Positions 27,225 to 39,249 of a stretch of DNA of 64,000 nucleotides are shown one piece after another. A program made the position numbers and the translations under genes. Position 1 is the first letter of the stretch; each line of letters starts with the position of its first letter. The stretch covers positions 68,634,001 to 68,698,000 of the forward strand of contig OX597823.1 of the NCBI GenBank assembly GCA_951406725.2, written 5' to 3'. The notes under the pieces were generated by a model. That model was not told the origin of the DNA and made no database searches. It saw only the letters and a program-made list of their open reading frames with translations. This DNA comes from Octopus vulgaris (lineage: Eukaryota).

Positions 27225-27803
27225 ATTATTATTATGTGAGAGAGCAGCGCATACCATCAAAGTGACACGGGTAAAATATACGAAACCCAGTATACCCATC
27301 ATAACTACTTGTCTGATAAGAGTACACCAGACACATGCAGCACAACCATATGTGCGCGACATGGTGATCTCATATCAAGATAAACAGAACATGACCTTGC
27401 AAGTGGGGCCCAGTTAGAATTTTCTCCTGGTCGAGTAACCCATCCCGCTCAAAAGGCACCCGAATCAAGGGGGATCTTTTCTTTTTGATAAAGAAAAGAT
27501 CCAATAAGGGTTGTTTAAGGATGTTGAACGAAACACCCATGTTTCCAGAGGTGAATTATTCAAACCCCAAAGAATTCCTCTCAACATATGGCTATGATGC
27601 TCCCTCACTTCTGTGTGTGATCAGAGATGCACATATCGTCAGCCACTAAGGGACATGCTCAACTAGTTAAGGTCAAACAACTGACAAGCAAATCTTTGCT
27701 GTAGCCCATCTTTTATACCAAGACAAAACAATGTACATGATAACACTTCCAATTAGTTAAGATCAGAAGCCATGAGAGCCACTGCCTGGTATTGCATCAG
27801 GGC
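27225..27803. mobile_element. Interspersed repeat (likely non-LTR element UTR) abutting (TTA)n
   Basis: GC-richer block starting at a (TTA)n tract. It resembles an abundant octopus repeat as I remember it; not verified. Confidence 0.45.
27472..27502. mobile_element. 31-bp minimal MITE/footprint with GGATCTTT termini
   Basis: Perfect 13-bp IR ggatcttttcttt-ttgat-aaagaaaagatcc flanked by aat(c)aaggg / aataaggg. Confidence 0.65.
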
Positions 27804-28100
27804 TTTAAAGCAGCGAGCTGGCAGAATTGTTAGCATTCTGGACTAAATACTTAGTGACATTTCATCTGCCCTTATGTTCTGAGTTCAAATTCCGCCGAGG
27901 TCGACTTTCATCCTTTCGGGGTCGACAAATTAAGTATTAGTTGAGTACTTGGAGTCAATGTAATCCACTTACCCTGTCCCCCAAAATTTCAGGCCTTGTG
28001 CCTTTAGTTGAAAGGATTATATGTAAAATACTATTCTTAAACTCTACAAACTTGACAAGCTGCAAATTAAATTACTCAATATGAATTTATTTTTCTGCCT

Positions 28101-28500
28101 TTAACCCTCCAACACGGAGTATAGGCCACTTATAATTGAATTCCATGTTGCATAATGTTTCGTTTCTGTACTTATACTCTGCCATGAATATCCCCCTGTC
28201 TCTAATTCCTTTTGTGTTGATCTACGCCACGAGTTCTTAGGTCTACCTATCTTTCTATATCTATCCGGATTCCACTGTGAAGCACTTTTCGCTACATTTA
28301 GTGTCTTTTCTAATTGTGCTACCAATCCACTTCCACTTTTTCTTAAATATTTGCTCCCTAATCGAAACTTGATTCGTTCTTTGCCATAACTCCATATTGC
28401 TTATGTGTTCGGGCCATCTGATTTTAAGTATACTACGCAAGCATCTGTTGATGAACGATTGTATTTGCTTATTTGATTTAACTGTTGTTCGCTATGTCTC
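28101..28500 (-). mobile_element. RTE LINE 3' fragment
   Basis: RSILKIRWPEHISNMELW..KWKWIG..QWNP..RKIGRPKNSWRR, a typical RTE C-terminus. Confidence 0.85.
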
Positions 28501-28516
28501 ACTCACCGCTCTATAT

Positions 28517-28616
28517 ATCGAACTCAGAATCTTGGGGTTAGTGGCCTGCGCTCTTAACCACTACGCCATATGCCCGTGGGTCGAAACGTTGTGTTAACAA
28601 CAAACAAAATGAGGGA
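28517..28616 (-). mobile_element. Partial second copy of the tRNA-headed hammerhead element
   Basis: Same tRNA-like head and same inverted junction (cccgtggg-tc-gaaacgttgtgttaacaacaaac) as 29090-29185. Confidence 0.8.
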
Positions 28617-28844
28617 GACATGGCGAACTCAATATGAAACTAGTTATAAATTAAAATATGAAACTAGTTACAAATTTTACACTTGGATAAATATATTAAC
28701 CTAACATACATAAATAAAAAGTACTCTTTTTAAAGTGAAAACTTATGAAAACAAAGAGAAAACTGAAACTGTGAAACTAGTTTATGTTAATAACAACGCC
28801 AATAATGTCCTTCCAGTAAAAAGAAATGTTCATTATCAACTTAA

Positions 28845-29212
28845 ATACAGTTCTATATTTAAGAGATGAGGAGTTATGTACATTATTTACAATTGACGGA
28901 TATTTGTCTTCATCTTGGCTGATATACCCTCCAGCCTTCACCAGGTGTCTTGGGGAAATTTCGAAACTGGGTTCTCATTCCTAAGGTACTTATCGATGTT
29001 ATTATTATTGTTCGGAAATTTCGAACCTGGGTTCTCATTCCTAAGGTACTTATCAATGTTATTATTATTGTTCAGGTCACTGCCTGGAATCGAACTCGGA
29101 ATCTTGGAGTTAGTAGCCTGCGCTCTTAACCCGCCATATGCCCGTGGGCCGAAACGTTGTGTTAACAACAAACAAGATGAGGGACAAATACCAGTCAATT
29201 GTAAATAATGTA
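28845..29212 (-). mobile_element. Composite tRNA-headed SINE-like element with Penelope-type hammerhead tail and inverted terminal copy
   Basis: Minus strand: tRNA-like head (B-box gagttcgattcc, ~29144-29074), a 60-bp tandem duplication (28954-29073), and hammerhead 5' half gacac-CTGGTGA-a-ggctg-loop-cagcc (28949-28917). 28879-28917 is mirrored by 29173-29211. Confidence 0.7.
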
Positions 29213-29664
29213 TCAACTTAAATGTCAATAAGCCCCATTACTGAAAAGGTGTAGCAGCTATGTAAAATTGACAAATGTTTCATTTATTTACATACAGATT
29301 TCAACTACTGTATATGCATGATTAGAAAAGGAGATAAATTCCACTGGTCATACTTAAATGTTAACGGGGCTGATCACCTATTGAAGACTACTTATGATTA
29401 AGATTCATATATCGACATGCATATATACAGACGTATTTATGTTGATCTCTGTTGGAAATAAATTCAAGTGTACAAGCTGCATTCAAAAAACAAACTAATG
29501 AAACATGCGTCTATTTTACAATGCAGCTATAGTATTTCTAGTTGTGAGTTATTTATATCGTATGTGTGTGTATGTACATATATGTATGTATGTATGTGCA
29601 TTTATCTTACTCTAAGCTATCATTGGAGACAAATATGTTTCAAAGCAATTAAAGAAAAACTATA

Positions 29665-30279
29665 GGATCTTTACCTTTTGACCGACAGATTTTTAAAAAA
29701 AAATTTTTGATAATTAAACACTTTCAAACTTCGAACACTGGTAGAATGTGTCATATAAAACATCTTTTACTCTTAGGGCTTTTGAGAAAAGCTTATAATT
29801 AGGAAATTATTTCACGTTAAAGTTGTCGTATTTCGGTAATTTCAACCAATCAGCTGAATAAAATTACTGCTGTTGTTTGTCAACTTGAATTTCCGGCAGT
29901 GTATATTTCGTTTGTCACTGTTATTTATGACAAACCTAACCCTAAAACCCTAGCCTTAAAACCCTAACCCTAAAACTCTAACCCTAAAACCTTAAAGCTA
30001 AAACCTGTACAAATGCACAAATAATGTCATAAATAACAATGACAAATGAAAATACACAACAGCAGTAATTTTATTCAGCTGAATACATGTCATTGATTGG
30101 TTGAAATTATCGAAATATGACAACTTTAACGTGAAATAACTTCGTAAATATAAGTTTTTCTTAGAAACGCTAAGAGTAAAAGATGTTTTATATGACACAT
30201 TCTACCAGTGTCCGAAGTTTGAAAGTGCTTAGTTACAAAAAATTATTTTTTAAGTCTGTTGGTCAAAAGGTAAAGATCC
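29665..30279. mobile_element. MITE with long TIRs, 8-bp TSD and telomere-like core (Merlin-like by termini)
   Basis: GGATCTTTACCTTTTGACC..GGTCAAAAGGTAAAGATCC. TSD aaactata at 29657-29664 and 30280-30287. Arms ~260 bp, centre (aaccct/aaaaccct)n at 29932-30006. Confidence 0.9.
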
Positions 30280-30973
30280 AAACTATAAATTATGGCTATG
30301 AGGTTGGTATGACATTTATAAAGTTAGAAAATTGGTAAACATTTCCGCATATGATAAAAGCATTTGATACTTCAAGATTTTAAGTTCTTCCAAAATCTAT
30401 CCAAAAATATAACTGCACAGAAGCAATAAAACTAAAGTAGTGCATAATGTATGGACTCAAACTATGCATCTGTCATCGTAATTGACATTAAGGTAACAAA
30501 GAAATTTAGCCTGTCTATTAAGTTAAAAAAAATGGTTAGCATATGAAAGTGAACATCATTTTTGCAACTATACACAAATATTAAAATTTGCAAAAGCCTA
30601 TCTAGCATTATGAAAATGTTGAGAAAGAGCATCAACAATAAACAATGAATCAAAGAAGGCATTTGATCATGAAAATTCATGCACACCTGTATTCAGTAAA
30701 GAATCTATCTGATACTCACTAATAGAGCTTTTAGAAAGAGTGATGGATATTATCAGAAGAATGAAATGAAACCCTCTCATCTATGAAAACAACAGAAATT
30801 CCATCAATCACAAGCAGTTTAGGATTTAAAAGACAAAAATTTTAAATATCAAAGACTTCGAAAATCTTGAAGTAGAACTCCTAGAAATGTTCTGCAAGAT
30901 ATGATTCAGGATAAAGAGATAATTTCCAGCACAAATTCAACTCAGGGATAAAAAAACATCATATATATATATA

Positions 30974-32603
30974 CACTGAACCACAAAAGAAGTGTGATTT
31001 TTTCAAATGTCATTTTTATATGGTAAATTCTGAGAATTTATTTCAGGGATGTAAGTGCAAATACTCAAAGACATGCTGGTTATGGCTGAGACCCAAATTG
31101 CAGGTAATCTTTCAACTTTCCCTGAAACGAGACACTAAAGCACAGCTGCATTGAATGCTGTGGGTGGCAGTCACAAACAGTTGTCATGAAAACCGAAATG
31201 CACATGCATCTTGTAGAATCTGTGAGAAAATGGTCTCATTTTCTTCTTGGACGTAACTTCACACTAATAACAGATCAAAACAGTGTGGCTTTTATGTTTA
31301 ATTGTCAAAAGTGCAGTAAACCTTTTAAAACTTTGATATTCAAGTTTGGGTTTATAACACATCTCATGGAGGTTTTGGATATAAGAATCAACTTGAAACA
31401 TGTTCCTGACATTTGTAATTTGGATGCATCAAGTATGACCCAATTGTTAGTAGCCCAAGTAGAACAAGCTATCAGCCAATTGCAAGCAGGGTATCATGCC
31501 CTGGTTGTTGCGAAAGATTACATTGTCAATGTCAGCACCATCTTTCGCCTACAACAGCGATACAGCACCAATAGCACTGCAGACCGTGCCCACAGAGGTG
31601 ACCACTTCATGCACCTGCAACACCTCTGTGATCGCTTCAGACCAGCCAGTGTGACACATCATGAGATCATTAGCATTGGACAGTGACCCATCAGCAATGA
31701 CATGGTATGATGTTGACTGACTGCCAACAACTTGTGTTGACGTCATCCTGCTCAAGGGCCTGTGCTCATCGCCTGCTACCATAAGCAAGACTACAGTGAG
31801 CTGCACAGCATCAACAATGGAAGACGATAGTCTTCTCTGACAAGAGCTGGTACTGTGTTTCCACCTTGGATGGCAGAATGAGTGTGTGGCGTAGGAGGGG
31901 TGAATGCTACAGAGATACATGTGTCATAGAGAGAGATGCATGGGGTGGCCAAAGCATCATGGTCTGGGGTGCTATTGGCCTGAATCAGAGAATTAGGCCC
32001 CATGTGTTCCAAAATTTTGGTGCAGGCAGAGGGAATGGCATCATAGTGCAGCGGTATATTGACCAGATCCTAAGACCTCACATTGGGCCTTTTTTTAAAT
32101 GCGTCACCATAGCCACATGTTTTAGTAGGACAATGCACCCTCCCACATGGCCAGGATCACCATGGACTTCCTGCATCAGCACAACATCAGAACCATGCCA
32201 TGGCCAGCCCACAGCCTAGATTTGAACCTAATTGAACGCTTGTGGGATGAAATCCAGAGACAGCTGAACCAGGTGGTCCCAAGTCCAACAACTCATGTGG
32301 AACTGGAGGCAGCTTTCCTCAGGGTATGGGCACAAGTGCCAATGGCTTTTGTGAACCGCCTCATGCATACCATGTACCGATGGTGTATGGCCATTTTGAA
32401 CACCCAGGGAGAGCATACACGGTATTGAACATGTCATGTTCAATCTCGATGTCCACTACCAGAACACATGACAAAGACCCATAGGCTGTGATCAAAGTGC
32501 ATCCATGAAATTGACAATAAATTTATAAAAATTTATCTCAGACATAATGAAATTAAAACATATTTCACAGTCACACGTCTTGCATTTGTTTTGCATTTCA
32601 GTG
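30974..32603 (+). mobile_element. Tc1 (DD34E) transposon, frameshifted
   Basis: TA|CACTGAA..TTCAGTG|TA. HTH-like MTQLLVAQVEQAISQLQAG..STIFRL, GGQSIMVWGAI, and DNAPSH..WPAHSLDLNLIERLW (34 residues D-E). Ends GEHTRY. Confidence 0.92.
31213..31320 (+). mobile_element. Ty3/Gypsy RNase H fragment inside the Tc1 5' region
   Basis: VESVRKWSHFLLGRNFTLITDQNSVAFMF matches the Gypsy RNase H pattern (KWRHYLLGRxFTLxTDQ). Confidence 0.75.
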
Positions 32604-34684
32604 TATATAAGTTAAACTAAAAATGTGAATGAATTAAATAAGGGCACCCACAATAAACTTCTAAAAATCATCATTACGATTAGCTACAAAGAAATCAAAC
32701 ATCAGGCAAAATTCATAGCAGGTATACTAAAATTAGACAATATATTAATGTAAAGAATAAATCACCCTGAAAGACCACATAGAAATTTTTACAGCAAACC
32801 AAAATGCAGGTTGATAAATCTTGTGAAAATTTTACTTTAGTGTAGTCAGTAAACATATTCTAGACAATATGAAAGACAAAATTAAGGAAGCCACCAACTT
32901 ACAGAAATAGAATAACAAGAACAATGCAAATAGTTGATTGTTTAAATAGCATCAAGAACAAAAGCAGATCGAGTTTATTCAATTCAACATTCTCAAGTTT
33001 TGCCCATCAATTTCCATATACCTTTTCATCGTGGCTTGGAATTCAAAAGGAAACACAAAACCATCTATAGCAGCAATATTGGAATGATGTTTACTAGGAA
33101 ATTAACGTCTTTCACTGACTAAACATGTAATATAAACATCAGTTACCTATTTAATATTTGCATAATGGAGCTGAAGTAAATGACCTGGTTGTATTATATG
33201 TTTTAGATTATTAAAAATGAAATTCAAAACTCTAGATATATGATTACTCAAGGAATGCAGCCTCACACAATACTTATCTAATATATTATTAGAAAAGTAT
33301 AGTAAAAAATTTAATTAGCACACTCAAGGACTTGGCTTGAATATTACAGTCATGAACAATATAAACATATTTATCTTCCTAGACATAACTTTAGACCAGG
33401 AAACCAGAAAATATCAACGATATAGAAACCCAAACAAAAAGCTCATGTACATTAATCAATTCTAACTATATTCAATATATTAAATCTTTAGCTTCTCATA
33501 TAACTAGATGAATATCCAGTATATTCTCAAGGAAGGCAACCTTCATAATGTTGCCAGTTACTGTAATAATGCTTTAAGAAAATAAAATGAGTATAAAGAA
33601 AAAGTAATTTATTATCCATGTAGGAACACATTTTTTGGTTTAAATCAAACTTTCAGTGATGATGAAAATTAAACATAACTAGAAATCCTTTATCTCTAAT
33701 TAGATTCATTTCCAAAACAATAATACCACAGATTATTTAACTAAAAGCATCAAGATCTATTATAACCATGCAAAAATGATAGCAGCATGAGGTTTGAACC
33801 CTGAAGGACCAACCTGAATAACATCAGTAAAACTAAGTGTAACTTTGGAAAGAGGAATACTACAGTATTATCAATATATGCACAAAAAAATAACATTGAA
33901 TTATTGTGTAGATTTGTCTGGTGGTCAAACATCAAACAGAGTATATCCTACATGAATATAACTGGGGCAATGTTAACTGTGCATTACAGAGGAATAAAAT
34001 AACATGACAAATAGATACTTTAAATGGAAAGACTGATGTAATATCAAAATGTCTTTACACAAACAAACTGTATTCAGTCAATTACAACAGATGTTCAGTC
34101 AAAAGTTTACTATATGTTGTTTGGTGGCGCCAAACACCAGTAATACTTTGATATTACATGTAAAACAATTCTTATCTGATAAAATTTTTTGAAGCAGTGC
34201 AAAATACGCCAACTTTATCCCTTCACCAGTAATATATATATATATATATATATATATTGATAGAAATGGCAACAAGAGAATGAAAGAGACCTCGATATTA
34301 TGTAAATAGAGGAATTTATCTGTAAATGTAATATGTGACAATTATTCTGTAGGCATGATAAAACTTCAAGTATCGGATGTCGGGGTGGAAATCCACGCCG
34401 CCATCTCTTCAATTATCTGGCCATCGGCAAAAATGCTATGAAAATGACCATTAAATTACTGTGTGATTGACCATTATTAAGACAAAAGAGCTATTTGAAT
34501 GACTGCTAAGTGAGGGGAGGGAGTAAAAGTAAGGGGGTAAAAATGTTCATAGTATTCGTGTAAGCGCGCATGTCCATATATATATATATATATATATGTA
34601 GAGAGAGAGAGAGAGAGAGAGAGAGATACACACGCATACACACATACACACACAGAGACATACACACATACATATTAATATTTA

Positions 34685-34900
34685 TCTTTTACTTGTTTCA
34701 ATTGTGAGACTACAGCTATGCTGGGGTACCACTGTGAAGAACTTTTAGTTGAATGAATCAACACTAGTATTAAAAAAAAATTAATTTCATAAGCGTGGTA
34801 TTCCTTATATCAGTCTCTTATTCCGAGCTGCTAAGTTACAGGGAAATAAACACACAAACACTGGTTGTCAAGCATTGGTGGTGGACAAACACAGACTCAA
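34685..34900 (-). mobile_element. SINE (family D)
   Basis: tttacttgtttca..ctatgctggggtaccac..ttagttgaatgaatcaac. Related copies at ~48998-49170, ~63923-64000 and ~47060-47167 (opposite orientation). Confidence 0.7.
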
Positions 34901-35099
34901 AGACACACACATAGATATATATTTATATATATATACAACAAGCTTCTATTTCTGTCTACCAAATCCACTCACAAGGCTTTGGTTGGCCCGAGTTTATACT
35001 AGAAGACACTAGTCCAAGTTTATCCTTATTTCTTTTGAATGAGAAAACATGCAGTACTTTGTTTGTGTGTGTGTGTGTGCGATAATAATTTTATTTCAG

Positions 35100-36268
35100 A
35101 TAAATCATTATGCTTACAGGGTAATATGTGTAGGTAATCTCTACAAGTCAAGATTCTGATAAGAAGTAACTTGGAATGCGAATAAATTCTTTAACATTGT
35201 CTTGAATATCATCAAAGTCTCATACCACAAAACAGAGAACAGATAATATTAGTATGGGCATCACTAAGAAGCAAGGTGTGAGTATGATAACAGTAAAATA
35301 TATCTTAAAACTACCAGTCTATGAATATTCATTTGTTAATCTACATTTGCAGCTACTACTTTGCATCAACTTCTTTCTTTATTCAAAATATACACATACA
35401 GAATATTGCTTAGTGTATGTATAAGTTGTTGCTGCAAGTGATCTAACAATTCTATCCAAGAAAACAGTGTAGATTACATTGAGAGAATATAATAACAATA
35501 AACTGACTTTGTAAGGAATCTTTAATAATATGATAAAAAATAGTTAAAGCATTTGAAATATGTGGTAGTTGTATAATGGCATTAGAATTTCTTTCAAAGA
35601 TTAAAGTTCTTATCTTAAGAACAAATCTAGAGATGGTAAGATTTGAAACAGTCAAATTTTCTTCTGAAAAAGAACTATTGTTCTGAAACCATGAAACAGC
35701 TACCTGGAAATCAGAATCCTACTTTGATGTTCACTAGTTTATCCTGAGAGAATTTTAGTGATGGAAAAATCACTGCAAAAATCCTAACCACATCAAAATA
35801 CATCCCGTCCTTAGGCAAGTACTTCAAATTTAAGCTATTTCTACCAGGTAGTTGTTTCAACCCAGTGAAGTGCATAACAACATGTTTATAAATAAAATTC
35901 AGATTGAGAGTAACAACGTATCCTTTTCAGCACTCTTTGATTTTGAAAATTTAGTAGTGAATGGAAGTTATTATAATGAAATCTACCAAATTGAATGGAG
36001 GAATTGCTGCTGGATTTATTTAATGAAACTCTGAGGAAACAAAATTTCAAATTTGTGATGAAGCCCGAGAATAGCTGTGTAGTTAAGAAGTTTGCTTTGT
36101 AACATAGTTTTTGGTTCATTCTCACTGTGTAGTACATCTGCTATAAGCCTTAGGCTGACTGAAGCTTATGAATGAAATTTGGTAAATGGTAAATTTATGA
36201 AAACTGGTCATATGTATGTGCATGTGTATGTATCTATACACATGCACATGTGTGTGCAGCATGTGTCT

Positions 36269-36301
<33 letters not shown>

Positions 36302-37360
36302 CACATATATATATATAGAGAGAGAGCATTACTATACATAAATGCCTCACACTACAAGGGACTCTTAAAGTCAAACCTATCATAATTCTTAAAAGCCCAC
36401 CTCTCACATAGATATATAATGAGTGAACAACTCTATGTACTATGCAGGATACATTTGGTGTTCGTCTGGTATGTTGATGTTTTTGTTCATTTTTTATGTG
36501 TCTTGATTATACCTGCATTGACAATTAAAAAGTGCATTTTGTGCACTAATTATGAAATCATATGATCTGTGGCTGAATCTGTTTTTAAGATGCTCACTTT
36601 GAGAGTTGCATTCCCTCGCGTTCGATAAAACGTGTTTATTTTGGTAGTTTTTGACTTTAATCTCTATACAATATTCTAAGGGGAAAATAAGCAACTATAA
36701 TATTTTGCAGTGTGAAATTTCATATATGGGTTCAGCACCTAATGATCTGTAGAATACTCAATCTGAGCAAATAGGTCAGAGTTTATTAGCCAATATAGGT
36801 TTGAATAATAAAGGTAAAACAAAAGTGATCTAAAAGGAAAACAATTCAATAGAAAATGCTGTGTAATTCAGTAATTTATAATCAATTAAACTCCATAAGT
36901 TATATGACTAAATACCATCCAAGATTGAACAGAAGTCTTAAGACTACTCGTCACATTCCATCAAACGAAGTAACCTCCTTTATTATATCTGAGTGAACAC
37001 ATGCATAAACATGCCCACATTTGTGTATTAATTAGCATCTTTGACTACTAAATATCTACTTATTTAATAATTTTGTCTTACAATCTTTTGAATGTCAGAA
37101 ATCAATATTAATTGCCAAACATTCCACATGAATTGTAAATGAGCTGACACCTAAGCAAGTCTTGCATTCATTGTACAATGAAATTTTGTATTAATTCTCA
37201 CATTCAGTAAACTAAATTGGAAAACCTATATGTAATCTGGAACATTGAATTGCAGAAAGGCATTGATGAAATTAAAGCTCACCTATTTATCATTTGCCAG
37301 TCACTTCTGATGAAAACCATCCTAATTAGAACATATCTGGAATGAGAACAAAGTATATTA
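35100..37360 (+). pseudogene. Decayed TLR-like remnant
   Basis: LEFLSKIKVLILRTNL (35582-35629), LRR-CT-like DLKGKQFNRKCC (36827), a hydrophobic stretch (~37020-37090), TIR-like WNIELQKG (37238) and LIRTYLE* (37322-37345; TYLEW with TGG>TGA). Confidence 0.55.
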
Positions 37361-38664
37361 AGCATGGTAAGAATTAAACAATGAAATACAGTGATCATAA
37401 TTGTTATGATGATAATGGTAATAAGTTTGATGAAGATTGTAATGATGGTAGAAGGGAAACTGTTTCTGCAGATGATGATGCATCAAAATTAATAATGATG
37501 GGTACAATTGTGATTGGAGTTATTATGTTAATTTCATTGAGATCTATTTGGGCAGATAGAACATTTCAATCACAAAAATTACAACAAAAACACATTCACA
37601 ATATCAAAATTCAATGATATAATTAATTATAGTAGATCATTTTCAACTCTTAAACAGATTTTCCCCTCACATCATGACTGCTGATCAATGTAAAATTGTT
37701 CAGAGTAGTATATGAGATGAGACTTCTAAATTTAAAACTTTTCAAAGTTGTCTTCATTTGCCAAATTTAATTAGTTAATAAAATATCTATGTTGTTATAG
37801 TTGTTTAACCTTAGGGCCATGCTGATTGAATAGACCCATGATTGAAAGCATCCTGGTTGTGATTATTTGCCCTTTTTATATATCCAATGTATCCTCCCTA
37901 TTTTTAATATAGTAGGATATTATTTGAGAGAGATAAGGCTGCTATTTCTGGCAGGTCAAGTAACCACATAGAGGCCTTCCCATTGGCTCATAATATACTT
38001 GTCAAATATAGTTTATGTAAACATAAAATATAACACTAAGAGACTGTGTGACTAAGATCATTATTTTTTTTACAGTTTGATACAAGTACATGTGCAACTA
38101 AAACTTTTTATGCTATTCAGATGAATTATGTTTAAATAAATTTAAATAGATTTACTGTATAAAATTAACAAACATCTATCATGTAAACTTTGCTCAAGTT
38201 ATGACACCTTCAACATTTATATAAGTTTCAAATACTCATTTATAATGACAAATTTTTATGTTTTCTTTTTGGGTAACTTAAATATAACATGGTTACATTT
38301 ATTTTTAAAAAAATTTCCTTAATTATATAAAATGAAGATAACTCCTTATGTAAAAGTGTAAAGCTTAAAAAGAATAAAAATGTGACTAATTAAAGTTAAA
38401 GTATGGCATATATTAATGAATGGAATGTGATAGATATGCAGATTCAATTTGTAACTTGACATATATGCATGAAGGAATTGATAAATTTTGGGTATCACTG
38501 ACGTGTATACTTAACATGAAAATATGTCATAAAATTAAAAATATAGTAATTTTTTAAACAAGTAGTATAATAATTTACATAAAATCTTTCCATAAACTGA
38601 TCATCAAAATCATCTGTTTAATAAATTCAAACATCTCCTAATGTAATAGTGAGTGTAGTGTTTA

Positions 38665-38695
<31 letters not shown>

Positions 38696-39177
38696 TTGTC
38701 CAAAATCAAGGAGATAGAGTAGGAGAAACAGTAGTATAAGTGAAGGGAGAGGAGAGAATATTTGTAATTCAATGAAGAAGTAGTAAGAGTAATAGCCCTG
38801 ACTGAGAGAAAGAGTGAGAGAAAGTAATAGCAATGAGAGAAAGAAAGTGGCAAAGAGTGCATCATATATCTTCTGCTTTTCTGTTACAACACATGAATGA
38901 GAAATGAAGGGGTGATAGATGAATAATGAAAGAAGGGGTGAATAAAAATTTGTGTTTCAACTCTGTGTGAGTATGTGTGTGTGTATTTAAAAGGGAAGTA
39001 TGTGTGTGTGCAATGGAAATGGGATGGTGAATGTTCAACACTGAAAAGAAAAATCAAACAGCATTTCCACTCTGAGTATATGTGTGTGCATGAACAAGGG
39101 AAGTATGTGTATGTTTGTAACTGTGATTATTATGTACCTTGTTTTGTGCCTTATTTATATATAAAATACTACAATTA

Positions 39178-39208
39178 GCTGTCATTTTGACAGCACAGGG
39201 TCAGCTAG
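39178..39208 (+). mobile_element. Helitron-like 3' terminus
   Basis: Hairpin gctgtca-ttt-tgacagc then acagggtcagCTAG|T. Confidence 0.6.
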
Positions 39209-39249
39209 TGCTATAGTAATTAAATAAAGAAACAAAATGATATATAATG

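Larger units (their letters stand above)
30685..34340 (+). mobile_element. Decayed Penelope-like retroelement, split by a Tc1 insertion
   Basis: LERVMDIIRRMK* (30731; cf. RRMRWKA), ITLKDH (32761), KCRLIN (32802), FIQFNILKFCPSI (32974; cf. FDIxxFYPSI), NGAEVNDLV (33164; cf. DGAEVCELV), FLDITLD (33376). Confidence 0.8.

Noticed and set aside
29074-29144. Functional tRNA gene
   Set aside because: A/B-box-like only. It is embedded in a repeat, has a deletion relative to the second copy, and I found no convincing cloverleaf.
29932-30006. Telomere or chromosome-fusion site
   Set aside because: Short, degenerate, and enclosed in a MITE with TIRs and a TSD.
34380-34460. Possible hammerhead at the 3' end of the Penelope-like element
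   Set aside because: Core CTGANGA is absent (ctggcca); too degenerate to support.
37381-37617. 78-aa ORF with acidic N-terminus
   Set aside because: Derived from a degenerate (GAT)n tract; no recognisable domain.
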